NCBI GenBank assembly: GCA_964475125.1
Contig: CAYYWP010000002.1
Location: 2,036-66,035, forward strand
Direction of reading: 5' to 3'
Source: an uncultured Candidatus Binatia bacterium
GTDB lineage: Bacteria; Desulfobacterota; Binatia; HRBIN30; CADEER01
DNA: 64,000 nucleotides
The position numbers and the translations under genes are program-made. Below, in pieces: positions 29,519 through 37,632 of this stretch (position 1 is the first letter of the stretch; each line of letters begins with the position of its first letter). The notes beneath the pieces were generated by a model. The model searched no databases and was not told the DNA's origin. It saw only the letters and a list, made by a program, of their open reading frames with translations.

Positions 29519-31543
29519 ATGGTCGAGAACCCGCTTCTGGCCACTCCCGCGCGCCCGCTGCCTCGCGCCCTCGGCGTAATTGGCGCCGGCACCATCGGCC
29601 CGGATATCGCCTACTACTTCAAGAGCGAGATCGCCGATCTGGCGCTGGTGCTCGTCGATATCCGCCAGGAGGCGCTCGATGCCGCGGTGGCGCGCATCCA
29701 CGCGTATGCCGAGAAGGCGGTGCAGCGCGGCAAACTGAGTGCGCGGCAGGCGGAGCGGGTGCGCGCCGATATCGTCACCGCCACGGATTACGCCGCGCTC
29801 GCGGCGTGTGACTGGGTGCTGGAGGCGGCGACGGAACATCTCGGGGTGAAGCGGAAGATCTTCGCCGACGTGGAAGCGGTCGTGGGCACGGACACGCTGA
29901 TCACCTCCAACACCAGTGCGCTGCCCGCCGCGCGCCTGTTCGCAACGCTGAAGCATCCCGAGCGCGCCACGGTGACGCATTTCTTTGCACCGGCGTTCCG
30001 CAATCCCGCCGTGGAGGTCGTGCGCTGGCCGCGCGTGGACGCCGCCGCGATCGATTACCTCCGCTGGGTGTTCGCCAGCACCGGCAAGGTCCCGTTCGTC
30101 ACCGCGGACGAGGTCTGCTTCATGCTCGACCGCATCTTCGACAATTGGTGTAACGAAGCCGCGGTGCTGCTCGGATGCGGCGCTACACCGGCGCAGGTCG
30201 ATACGGTGGCGGCCGAGTTCGCGCACGCCGGACCGTTCTTCGTCCTCAACCTGGCGAACGGCAATCCGATCATCATCGAGACCAACACGCTGCAGATGGA
30301 GGAGGGGGAGCACTATCGGCCGGCGGCGATCTTTCATACCGCGGGCCGCTGGGAAACCGTGGCGCCCGGCGCGCGCGTGCCGGTGCCGGACGATCTCTCC
30401 GCCGCGATTCGCGATCGGCTCGCCGGCATGCTGCTGTCGCAAGCGGTCGATATCCTCGATCGCGGTATCGGCACGCCCGAGGATCTCGATCTCGGCTGCC
30501 GCCTCGCCTTCGCGTTCCGCCAGGGGCCGCTCGAAATGCTGCGCGAGCGCGGCGAGAGCGAATGCCGGCGTCTCCTCGATCGCCTCGCGCGCGAGCGACC
30601 CGGCATGCCGATGCCGCGGCGGGCGCTGGCGGAGTACACTCGATTCTGCCGTTTCATCCTCGTCGACGATGTGCCTGCCGGCGACGGGCAGCTCGTCAAG
30701 CTCCTCACGCTGCGTCGTCCCGAGGCGCTGAACGCGATCCATGACGAGATGACGGACGAGATCCTGGCGACGCTTCGCGCCTTCGAGAACGAGCCGTGTG
30801 TGGCCGGTTTCGTCATCACCGGCTATGGCACGAAGGCATTTTCCTCCGGCGCCGACATCGGCCGTTTTCCGACCCTGCTCGGCGACGCCGAGGCGGCGGC
30901 GCAGTACGCCCGGGACTGTTCGCGGCTGCTGGTGTATCTCGATTCCTGCGCCAAGCCGGTGGTGGCGGCGTTGAACGGCATGGCGCTGGGAGGTGGCCTG
31001 GAGCTCGCGATGCGCTGCCACGGCATCGTCGCGGTGGCGCATGCGCGCGTGCAGTTGCCGGAAATCACGCTCGGCATCGCGCCGGGCATCGGTGCGCTGG
31101 TGGTGCCATACCGGCGCTGGCCGGCGGCCGCGGAACTGTTTCATCGCATGTTGCTGCGCGCGGAATCGGTGCCGGCGCCGGCGGCGGCGGCGCAGGGTGT
31201 CGTCAACGCCTGCGTGGCCACGCAGGCAGAACTGGTGCCGGCGGCGGTGCACTGCGCACTGGCCCTGGGCACTCGGCGCCATCGTGTCGCCGACGCGCCG
31301 GTTCGTGTCCCGCTGGTGGTCGCCGACCCGCAACCCAGGTCGGCGGTCGGGCAGGAGCTCAGTGCCGCCGTGAGCGCGATCGTGCGCGGCGCGATTGCCG
31401 ACGGTGCCGCGGCGGCGAGCTTTGCTGAGGCACTCGAAATCGGCTATCGCGCCTTCGGCGCGTCCGCATGCACGGCGGCCGCGAAAGAGGGCGTCAGCGC
31501 TTTCGGCGCCAGGCGTACGCCGGATTTCGCCAAGACCGGGTGA
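29519..31543 (+). CDS. bifunctional 3-hydroxyacyl-CoA dehydrogenase (N-terminal) / enoyl-CoA hydratase (C-terminal)
   Basis: N-terminal Rossmann GVIGAGTIGPDIAYYF with the 3HCDH fold. C-terminal crotonase LTLRRPEALNAIHDEMTDEIL...FSSGADIGRF...ALNGMALGGGLELAMRCH. The domain order is inverted relative to FadB. Start at the in-frame ATG 29519; the longer ORF starts at 29321 inside the previous gene. Confidence 0.8.
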   Translation: MVENPLLATPARPLPRALGVIGAGTIGPDIAYYFKSEIADLALVLVDIRQEALDAAVARIHAYAEKAVQRGKLSARQAERVRADIVTATDYAALAACDWVLEAATEHLGVKRKIFADVEAVVGTDTLITSNTSALPAARLFATLKHPERATVTHFFAPAFRNPAVEVVRWPRVDAAAIDYLRWVFASTGKVPFVTADEVCFMLDRIFDNWCNEAAVLLGCGATPAQVDTVAAEFAHAGPFFVLNLANGNPIIIETNTLQMEEGEHYRPAAIFHTAGRWETVAPGARVPVPDDLSAAIRDRLAGMLLSQAVDILDRGIGTPEDLDLGCRLAFAFRQGPLEMLRERGESECRRLLDRLARERPGMPMPRRALAEYTRFCRFILVDDVPAGDGQLVKLLTLRRPEALNAIHDEMTDEILATLRAFENEPCVAGFVITGYGTKAFSSGADIGRFPTLLGDAEAAAQYARDCSRLLVYLDSCAKPVVAALNGMALGGGLELAMRCHGIVAVAHARVQLPEITLGIAPGIGALVVPYRRWPAAAELFHRMLLRAESVPAPAAAAQGVVNACVATQAELVPAAVHCALALGTRRHRVADAPVRVPLVVADPQPRSAVGQELSAAVSAIVRGAIADGAAAASFAEALEIGYRAFGASACTAAAKEGVSAFGARRTPDFAKTG

Positions 31544-31654
31544 TCGGCCGCGCGCCATTCCGAGCGCCTCGATGGCGCGGCGCCCTCCACACGGCTCCGC
31601 GGCGGCGAGGGAAGACATTGTGCAACGCCCCGGCGGCGCGATAGTCTGCCGCCG

Positions 31655-32449
31655 ATGCCAGCCGAGCGCGCGACGACTCACACCTCCACGGGCCGCGGGC
31701 TCGCCGTGCTCGGCCTGCTGCTGGTGCTGGCCGGCGTCGTCGGCTACTTCGTCGTCGTCTTCCGCCTCGCGGCCTGGTGGCCGTCGGTGCGCAACGCGGC
31801 GCTGCCGAACTGGCTCCTCGTCATCGCCGGCGTGGCCCTCGCGGTCCTCGCGGTGCGCCGAGCGTCGAGCGGTCGCACGGCGAAAGTGCTGCTCGGCGTC
31901 GACCTGGCGCTCGCCGCGCTGTTCGCGGCGATCCTTTACGTCGTGCCCGCCGTCCCCGGCGCCAGCGGACCGGCGATCGGCGCGCCGGCACCAGACTTCG
32001 CGCTCCTCGACCAGAGCGGCAAGACCGTGCGGCTGGCCGACCTGCGGGGCGCGCCGGCGCTGCTCGTCTTCTATCGCGGCCACTGGTGACCCTTCTGCGT
32101 GTCGGAGCTGCAGGGTCTGCAGCTGAGCCTGGAGGAGTTCCGGCGCCGCGGTGTGCGCGTCGTCGGCATGGTCGTCGACCCGGTCGAGACCAACGCCCAG
32201 CTGGCACGCGATGCCGGGCTCGAGTTCACGATCCTCGCCGATCCCGACCTGCACACCATCGACGCGTACGGCCTGCGGCATCGTGAAGGACATGAGGGCC
32301 AGGACATCGCGCTCTCGGCCTCGGTGCTGCTCGACGCCGACGGCACCGTCCGCTGGAGCCACGTGACGCCCAACTTCCGCGTCCGTCCCCTCCCCGGCGA
32401 GATCCTCGCCGCGGTCGACGGGCTGCCGAAGGGGTCGCGAGCAGACTGA
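31655..32449 (+). CDS. membrane-anchored peroxiredoxin/Bcp-like (AhpC/TSA) selenoprotein. The in-frame TGA at 32087-32089 is read as selenocysteine in a UxxC motif.
   Basis: Two ORFs in the same frame (31655-32089 and 32099-32449) are separated only by a TGA. Joined they give three N-terminal TM helices, then APAPDFALLDQSGKTVRLADLRGAPALLVFYRGHW-U-PFCVSELQGL..GVRVVGMVVDPVETNAQLARDAGLEFTILADPDLHTIDAYGL...VLLDADGTVRW. This is colinear with Bcp/PrxQ (FYPKDDTPGCTTE), with UPFC occupying the position of the redox CxxC/peroxidatic Cys. A SECIS-like hairpin follows (next feature). Confidence 0.7.
32107..32123 (+). promoter_or_regulatory. bacterial SECIS-like stem-loop starting 17 nt downstream of the UGA
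   Basis: gcugcag-GGU-cugcagc forms a 7-bp perfect stem with a G/U-containing apical loop (GGUC if the closing pair opens). It resembles the fdhF SECIS apical hairpin (gcagGUCugc) and lies within the 16-37 nt window after the UGA. Confidence 0.55.
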
Positions 32450-32547
32450 GTGGTCGGAACGGCCCAGTCGCGGTATGACCGGGGCCTGCGCTAGGGCCAC
32501 CATGGTCAGCAGTGTGCGGGCGGTCGGGGTGGCCCTCGGTCAGCCTT

Positions 32548-32716
32548 GATCTGACAAAACCTCAACGCCGAGATGCAGCGTACGCAGAGGGCACCGTGGC
32601 GTCGTGCATGAGCTCGAGCGCTGCCCCATCGTCATCGTCAATAGGGCTCCGCGTTCTCTGCAGGCTCCGCGGCTCTGCGTTGAATCTCTGCTGTCCGATC
32701 AAGGGCAGCTCGCCGC
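32548..32716. mobile_element. MITE-like element, short copy (about 170 bp)
   Basis: Shares both ends and internal segments with 40681-41031: left end cttgatctgacaaaacctcaacgccgag...gcgtgcatgagctcgagcgct, right end ...ctctgcgttgaatctctgctgtccgatcaagg. It lacks the internal palindromic segment of copy 2. The termini are about 31-bp imperfect inverted repeats. Confidence 0.65.
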
Positions 32717-32775
32717 CCTTGGGCGCCTCGGTCGCGAACTCGAGACAACGCCAGATCCCGCACCACAGGCGCGGC

Positions 32776-33207
32776 TCATCGCCGACACGGATCGATCCAG
32801 CGAAGCCCGGGGAAGCGGGCGAAGTCGGCATCGGTCGAGTAGAGAATGTAGCCGCGCTCGACGGCGAGCGTTGCGAGGTGTGCATCCGTGGTCAGGTTGC
32901 CGGCGGTGCCCAATCGCTCGAGGTTGCGACGCAGCGCCGCGAAGTGCCCGTCGGCCGGGTGCGGAACGTGCACATGCGGCACTTGCAGCCAGCCCTCGAT
33001 GCGACCCAGCACATCGTGCACGGCAAGCGGTCGAAGAAGCACCCTTCTGTTGGTCGTGATGCGGATGAAGCCAAGCAGCGTGACCCACGCCAGGCCAACT
33101 CCCTCGGTACCGCTCAGGCAGGCGTCCCACCAGCGTCGCGCCCGCTCGTGCACCGGGGAATCGGAGTTATGCGCGTGAACGAGCACGCTGACGTCGGGCA
33201 GGATCAC
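32776..33207 (-). CDS. vapC: type II toxin VapC (PIN-domain ribonuclease)
   Basis: MILPDVSVLVHAHNSDSPVHERARRWW...TNRRV...NLTTDAHLATLAVERGYILYSTDADFARF is a PIN domain with its acidic residues. It lies immediately downstream of, and overlaps, an RHH antitoxin gene. Confidence 0.8.
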   Translation of the reverse strand: MILPDVSVLVHAHNSDSPVHERARRWWDACLSGTEGVGLAWVTLLGFIRITTNRRVLLRPLAVHDVLGRIEGWLQVPHVHVPHPADGHFAALRRNLERLGTAGNLTTDAHLATLAVERGYILYSTDADFARFPGLRWIDPCRR

Positions 33208-33469
33208 GACCCTTCCGCGCTGCAGGCTGAACGAAGGCCTCGGCTTCCAACTCGTCCGCCAGCTGATTGAGCTTGTCGAGATCGATTCCAGGCCGGAATC
33301 CGAAGGAGTGCGGCACGGTGCGCGGGGCGCGCACCTTCGGTTTGGCGGCCTCGCCCAGGCCGGCGCGGATTGCGCGGTTGACCGCTTCTTTGAACGAGAT
33401 GCCCATCTCGCGCGCCCGTCTGGCGAGCAGCCCCGCGAGGTCGTCGTCCAACGTGAGCGTGGTGCGCAT
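33167..33469 (-). CDS. vapB: type II antitoxin VapB (ribbon-helix-helix)
   Basis: MRTTLTLDDDLAGLLARRAREMGISFKEAVNRAIRAGL is the canonical VapB/RHH N-terminus. The 3' end overlaps the vapC start by 41 nt. Confidence 0.75.
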   Translation of the reverse strand: MRTTLTLDDDLAGLLARRAREMGISFKEAVNRAIRAGLGEAAKPKVRAPRTVPHSFGFRPGIDLDKLNQLADELEAEAFVQPAARKGRDPARRQRARSRA

Positions 33470-33648
33470 ATCCTGATGCCCTAGATGTCTGCAGATATGA
33501 TGTCAAGGCATCAGCACGTGATCACCGCGCCCGCTCCACTCGCAGCCGCCGAAGAGCGCGAACGACGGGATATCCACCTCGGCCGCTGGCGCGCCGGCCG
33601 GCTACAACTCCAGTCGCCCTGCGGGCTCCTTCCGTTTCCCCGGCCCGC

Positions 33649-35112
33649 TCATCTACCTTTCTCTTCTCCCCAGCTGTCTCCCATCTGGCGGTCGTTCCAC
33701 ATGTGGAGGTTGTAGAACTCCGGGCGCCGCCGGGTCCATTCTGCGACGAAGGCGCGCCACTCGGGATACTCGGCCGCCGGGATCGCCGGATCGAGGGCAT
33801 CGAGTAGTGGCCGGGACTGCGCCCACTCGAAGTACTGCCGTGTCGAGCTCACCGCCAGGGCGAGGATACCCAGGGCAACGATGACCACGAGCGGCGGAGC
33901 GATGCGCTCGCACGCCGTCCACACGGCGTGCACGGTGAGGCCGATGAACAGATAGAGCACGGGGACGAAGATGATGCCTCGCGCGCCGTTCAGACTGCCG
34001 ATCGTCAAGGCCTGTGTCAGGACGAACGGGATGAGCAGCAGGATCCACCACTGCCACGTTTGGGCGCGCCGGAACAGACCGAGAATCAAGCCAACCGCCA
34101 AGGCGATCGCGATGGGGCGGGACAAGGCGCCGGTCTTGATGCGCAGGTAGCGGTTCGACGGCTCGCGCCCGACCGACATGCGAGGCGCGAAGAGCTGATA
34201 CGTCTTGCGCCCGAAGGCGGCGAGCACGAGGCCGATCTGGTCCGGGATCGAACGCGCCGCGTTCTGCCCGCCGAGCAGGTACACGACGCGCGTGCGCTTC
34301 TGAAATCCATCCCAGTCGGCGACCACCGACGGGACCTGCGGCGCGAAGAGCGCACTCGTCACCAGCCCGATGACCATCATGCCGGCGAGCAGACGGCGCC
34401 GCGGTACCGCCGGTCGCCACAGGGCAGCACAACCGATGAGCAGCATCGCCGGCAGGATCGTCCGTCCGGCGAACGGGCCGTACAGCCCGAGCGCACACCA
34501 CACGCCAGTGCAGGCGAACGAACGCCAGGCGCCGGTTCGAATCGCCCGCTCCATGCACAGCGCCGCGGCGAGGAGAAAGACGCAGGCGTAGATATTCTCC
34601 CATCCGGTGCGGGAGAAATGCAGGTACCACGTTTCGGTGGCGAGCAGGGCGGCCGCCAACAACGCCGCGGGCGGCGCCACCGCCCGGCGCAAGAGCAGGA
34701 AGAAGAGCGCCAGGGCCGCGACGCTGAAGAGCGCCGCCGGCAGCCGTAATGCGACGAGCGACTCGCTGCCGCGCACGAACAGGGTGAGCAGATACACGCT
34801 CGCAGCCGGTTGGGGCTTCCAGTCGAGACCGAAGAAACCCGGGCCGCGTCCGTTGAGGATCTGGTAGGCGTTGACGAGATTGTCGCACTCGTCGTGGATC
34901 ACGATCGGCGGGACGCGATCGAGAGCGTACAAGCGCACGGCCAGTGCGGCGCCCATTACCGCCACCAAGCCGATCCATTCCCAGCCCTGCACGGGCGTTG
35001 GGGCTCGCGCGGTCTCCGCGCCACCGGCGCCTCGGGCGGCATCGAAGGGAGGCCGTCCCCATCGACAGCGCCGCGGAGGCGTCGGATCAGGTGGGTTCGT
35101 CATGATTGACAC
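33649..35112 (-). CDS. ArnT/PMT-like (GT39/GT83) polyprenyl-phosphate-sugar-dependent glycosyltransferase, polytopic membrane protein
   Basis: About 12 predicted TM helices. N-terminal loop motif VPPIVIHDECDNLVNAYQILNG and the overall hydrophobic pattern are typical of the ArnT/PMT family. The N-terminus and start codon are uncertain. Confidence 0.6.
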   Translation of the reverse strand: MSIMTNPPDPTPPRRCRWGRPPFDAARGAGGAETARAPTPVQGWEWIGLVAVMGAALAVRLYALDRVPPIVIHDECDNLVNAYQILNGRGPGFFGLDWKPQPAASVYLLTLFVRGSESLVALRLPAALFSVAALALFFLLLRRAVAPPAALLAAALLATETWYLHFSRTGWENIYACVFLLAAALCMERAIRTGAWRSFACTGVWCALGLYGPFAGRTILPAMLLIGCAALWRPAVPRRRLLAGMMVIGLVTSALFAPQVPSVVADWDGFQKRTRVVYLLGGQNAARSIPDQIGLVLAAFGRKTYQLFAPRMSVGREPSNRYLRIKTGALSRPIAIALAVGLILGLFRRAQTWQWWILLLIPFVLTQALTIGSLNGARGIIFVPVLYLFIGLTVHAVWTACERIAPPLVVIVALGILALAVSSTRQYFEWAQSRPLLDALDPAIPAAEYPEWRAFVAEWTRRRPEFYNLHMWNDRQMGDSWGEEKGR

Positions 35113-35225
35113 GCATTATCGGCTGGCGAGACGTGGTCCCGTATTTGACCTCATGCGCGCACCAGACGAAGCGGCTGCCTATCGGCACGCTGGTGACCAA
35201 TCCGGTCACGCGCCACCTGAGTCCC
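35101..35225 (+). repeat. about 125-bp duplicated internal fragment of the LLM oxidoreductase gene at 43760-44803 (gene remnant)
   Basis: gattgacacgcattatcggctggcgagacgtggtcccgtatttgacctcatgcgcgcaccagacgaagcggctgcctatcggcacgctggtgaccaatccggtcacgcgccacc is near-identical to 43850-43975, which encodes MIDTHIGWREVVPYLTLCAHQTKRLRIGTLVTNPVTRH. It lies in the gap between the ArnT-like gene and the cytochrome c gene. Confidence 0.8.
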
Positions 35226-35764
35226 TACTCGTTGCGGAACTCGAGCGCCTCGGGCCCGGGAATCACCCCGGCGGCGACCAGTCCCGCCACCACGCGCCGG
35301 CGCAGCGCGATTACCTGCTCGAGCTTGTGCCGGCGCAGGGCGCCGACCTCGGCCGCGGTGTAGGGCGCGAAGTCCAACGGGAGCTGCGCCTTCCCGTAGG
35401 TCTGCAGCAGCCAGTTGAGCAGCCGCGCCAGCTGCTCGTCGCTCAGGTGCGCCTGCGCGACATTGGGCACCTGCACCAGGTAGGCGCGGCCCTCGGCGGT
35501 GTGTGCGAAGTAGCCGACGCGATCCTTGAGGATGGGGATCTCGTGCGCCGAATAGCCGAGGTGGCCGTGGCACCCCTGGCAGTGGCGCGCATAGTCCTCG
35601 ACCGCGCCCTGGATGCGCGGCACGGGAGCGCCGCTGCGCTCGATCGGCAGGTCGGGAACGGGCGCGGCGGCATCACCCGCCTGCGCCGCAACGGCACCGG
35701 CGTAACCGAGCAGGGCCGCGGCCAGGCGCACCACCCGCGCACACGCGGCGCCCGCCCGCCGCAC
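35225..35764 (-). CDS. mono-haem c-type cytochrome (putative electron acceptor for the amine dehydrogenase)
   Basis: Signal peptide, then a single CQGCHG haem-binding motif. 179 aa. It is the last gene in the mau-like operon. Confidence 0.7.
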   Translation of the reverse strand: MRRAGAACARVVRLAAALLGYAGAVAAQAGDAAAPVPDLPIERSGAPVPRIQGAVEDYARHCQGCHGHLGYSAHEIPILKDRVGYFAHTAEGRAYLVQVPNVAQAHLSDEQLARLLNWLLQTYGKAQLPLDFAPYTAAEVGALRRHKLEQVIALRRRVVAGLVAAGVIPGPEALEFRNE

Positions 35765-35777
35765 CCGCCAACCCTCC

Positions 35778-36329
35778 TCAGACCTCGCCGATCAGCGCGC
35801 CGGATGAGCAGTGGTACACCATGCTCGGGGCGCCCAAGCACCAGATGATGTCGTTGTTGAGCTGCGGCCGGTAGGTCGGCATCTCGCCGGCGGTGCCGAG
35901 GCAGAAGCAGCGGCCGCACGAATCCTTGCCGCAGCAGTCGCGATAGGCGAGCAGGTAGAGCTTGCCGTCGTCCGGGTTGAGACAGCTGCCGATCCAGGAG
36001 GTCGGCGAGGGCACCGAGCCCGGCGGGCAGGTGGCCGGACCGCCGCCGCAGCAGGAGCACAAGTAGCCATCGGCGGCGCAGTAGCGCCAGTAGTTGCACG
36101 CTCGCGGGTCGGTGGTCTGCGCCTTGACCGCCGCGGCCCACTCGCGCGCGGCCTGGGCCCCGCTGGGCTCCGCCGCATGCGCCTTGCGGCTGACCGGCAG
36201 CACCGGCAGCACGGCCGCGCCGGCCAGCGTGGCCCCGAGTACGGACAGGAAGTTGCGCCGCGACACGCGCTGCGCGGCGCGCCGGCTCACCCGTTCGAAC
36301 ACCTTGTCCAGCAACTCCAGCTGCACCAT
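35778..36329 (-). CDS. mauA: methylamine (or aromatic amine) dehydrogenase light chain, TTQ-bearing subunit
   Basis: Tat signal SRRNFLSVLGATLAGAAV. Mature region ACNYWRYCAADGYLCSCCGGGPATCPPGSVPSPTSWIGSCLNPDDGKLYLLAYRDCCGKDSCGRCFCLGT...YRPQLNNDIIWCLGAPSMVYHCSSG is colinear with Paracoccus MauA, including the 12 Cys and the two Trp. Confidence 0.9.
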   Translation of the reverse strand: MVQLELLDKVFERVSRRAAQRVSRRNFLSVLGATLAGAAVLPVLPVSRKAHAAEPSGAQAAREWAAAVKAQTTDPRACNYWRYCAADGYLCSCCGGGPATCPPGSVPSPTSWIGSCLNPDDGKLYLLAYRDCCGKDSCGRCFCLGTAGEMPTYRPQLNNDIIWCLGAPSMVYHCSSGALIGEV

Positions 36330-36366
36330 CGTGTCCTCCCGACACCCAGGACGCGGCGCGGCGGCC

Positions 36367-37005
36367 TCACACCGCAGCCTTGTCGGCCGGCGCGCTCTCC
36401 TGCGGCCCGCCGTGCCGGCGCGCGCGCAGGTACGCCTGAATACTGCCGTAACCCGTTTCCTTGGCGATCGCCAAGCTCTCCAGATGCTCGCGGCTGTTCA
36501 CCAGCCCTTTGGCGCGGATCACGCCATCCTCGTCGATCAGGACCGCATAGGGCAGCTTGCCGACACGGAAGGCCATGCCCACCTGCGGCGAGTTGACGTA
36601 GGCCATGCCCTGCAAGCCATGTTGGGCGATCATCGCGCGCTGCTCGGCCAGGTCGCCATCGCCGACCAGCACCACGTCCAGCCGCTCGCCCTGGGCGAAG
36701 GAGCGGGCGATCGGCAGCAGCTTCTTGCACACCGGACAGGTCGGCGCCACGAACAGCAACAGGCGGCTGCGCCCGCTCTCGTTCGGCCCGCCCAGCCGCA
36801 GCGCCCGCGCGTCGATCGTGCTGATGCGCAGATCGGGCGCCATCTCGCCGACCTCGGGGCCGTGATCGGTGGTCAGCGCCCCCATCGGCGCCACGCGCTC
36901 GTGCAGAATGCCGACCTGCCGCACCATGCCGAACAGGATGGCGGCCAGCGCGACCACCACGACCCACAGCACGAGGTTGGAGACCACCAGGGCTTCGTAA
37001 GACAT
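36367..37005 (-). CDS. mauD: methylamine utilisation protein MauD (thioredoxin-like, CPVC)
   Basis: N-terminal TM helix, then LLLFVAPTCPVCKKLLPIARSF...AYVNSPQVGMAFRVGKLPYAVLIDEDGVIRAKGL. Start set at the internal ATG (MSYEALVV); the longer ORF overlaps mauE. Confidence 0.85.
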   Translation of the reverse strand: MSYEALVVSNLVLWVVVVALAAILFGMVRQVGILHERVAPMGALTTDHGPEVGEMAPDLRISTIDARALRLGGPNESGRSRLLLFVAPTCPVCKKLLPIARSFAQGERLDVVLVGDGDLAEQRAMIAQHGLQGMAYVNSPQVGMAFRVGKLPYAVLIDEDGVIRAKGLVNSREHLESLAIAKETGYGSIQAYLRARRHGGPQESAPADKAAV

Positions 37006-37598
37006 CACGGCGTGTTCCAGTCGCGCACGAGCTGGGCCTGCGCGGATTGGCCGGGGCGCATCGCGGCCAGCTCTTCCAGGGTCGGCGGCGGCCTGCGTGT
37101 CACATAGCCGGTGGCCAGATAGACAAAGAACAGGCTGACCGCGCCCGCGGCGATCGTCACCCAGTCGGTGCCTGCGAGCGCGCGCGTCCCCGCCGGCAGC
37201 GTGCAGAGGAGCGCCAGCGCCATGAGCAGCGCATTGCGCAACACCAGCCACCAGGACAGCGTCTGCTTGAGCGCAGAAGCGAAGCAGCCGCAGTCGATAT
37301 CGGACCGCCCGCGCGCGAGGTTGATGCCGATGGCGGCCGCGAACGCCGCCAGCAGCAGCAGCAGGCACGCCCCAGCGGGCGTGCGCAGCGGACCCGCCAA
37401 CACCGCCAACGCGAGCGCCAGCTCCAGCGGCGGCAGCGCCCAGCTCGCCGGCGCGACCAGGGCAGCTGGCAGCAGGCGGAAGTTGCGCACCACGCCAGGC
37501 AGCTCGGTCCAGGCCGCCATCTTGGTCACGGCCGCGCCGGCGAAGACCAGAAACAGCGCCAGCGCCGCGGTGTGCTGCAGGGCGGGGTCGATCATGCT
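37005..37598 (-). CDS. mauE: methylamine utilisation protein MauE (integral membrane)
   Basis: Four or five TM helices (ALALFLVFAGAAVTKM, ALPPLELALALAVLAG, LLLLLAAFAAAIGINLARG with DCGCF). Typical MauE size and position between mauB and mauD. Start at the internal ATG (MIDPALQ). Confidence 0.75.
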   Translation of the reverse strand, partial: SMIDPALQHTAALALFLVFAGAAVTKMAAWTELPGVVRNFRLLPAALVAPASWALPPLELALALAVLAGPLRTPAGACLLLLLAAFAAAIGINLARGRSDIDCGCFASALKQTLSWWLVLRNALLMALALLCTLPAGTRALAGTDWVTIAAGAVSLFFVYLATGYVTRRPPPTLEELAAMRPGQSAQAQLVRDWNTP

Positions 37599-37632
37599 CG
37601 CGTCCGCGCGTAGAGACAGGAGCGCCGGCAGC

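Noticed and set aside
29486-32503. 1005-aa minus-strand ORF, and 55396-58926 (1176 aa, minus) and 45291-47012 (573 aa, minus)
   Set aside because: They are antisense to tightly packed plus-strand operons whose products have unambiguous enzyme motifs. No homology is apparent.
32512-33270. 252-aa plus ORF and 32562-32885 minus ORF across the MITE copy
   Set aside because: They run through the non-coding MITE and antisense to vapC. There is no codon-bias periodicity.
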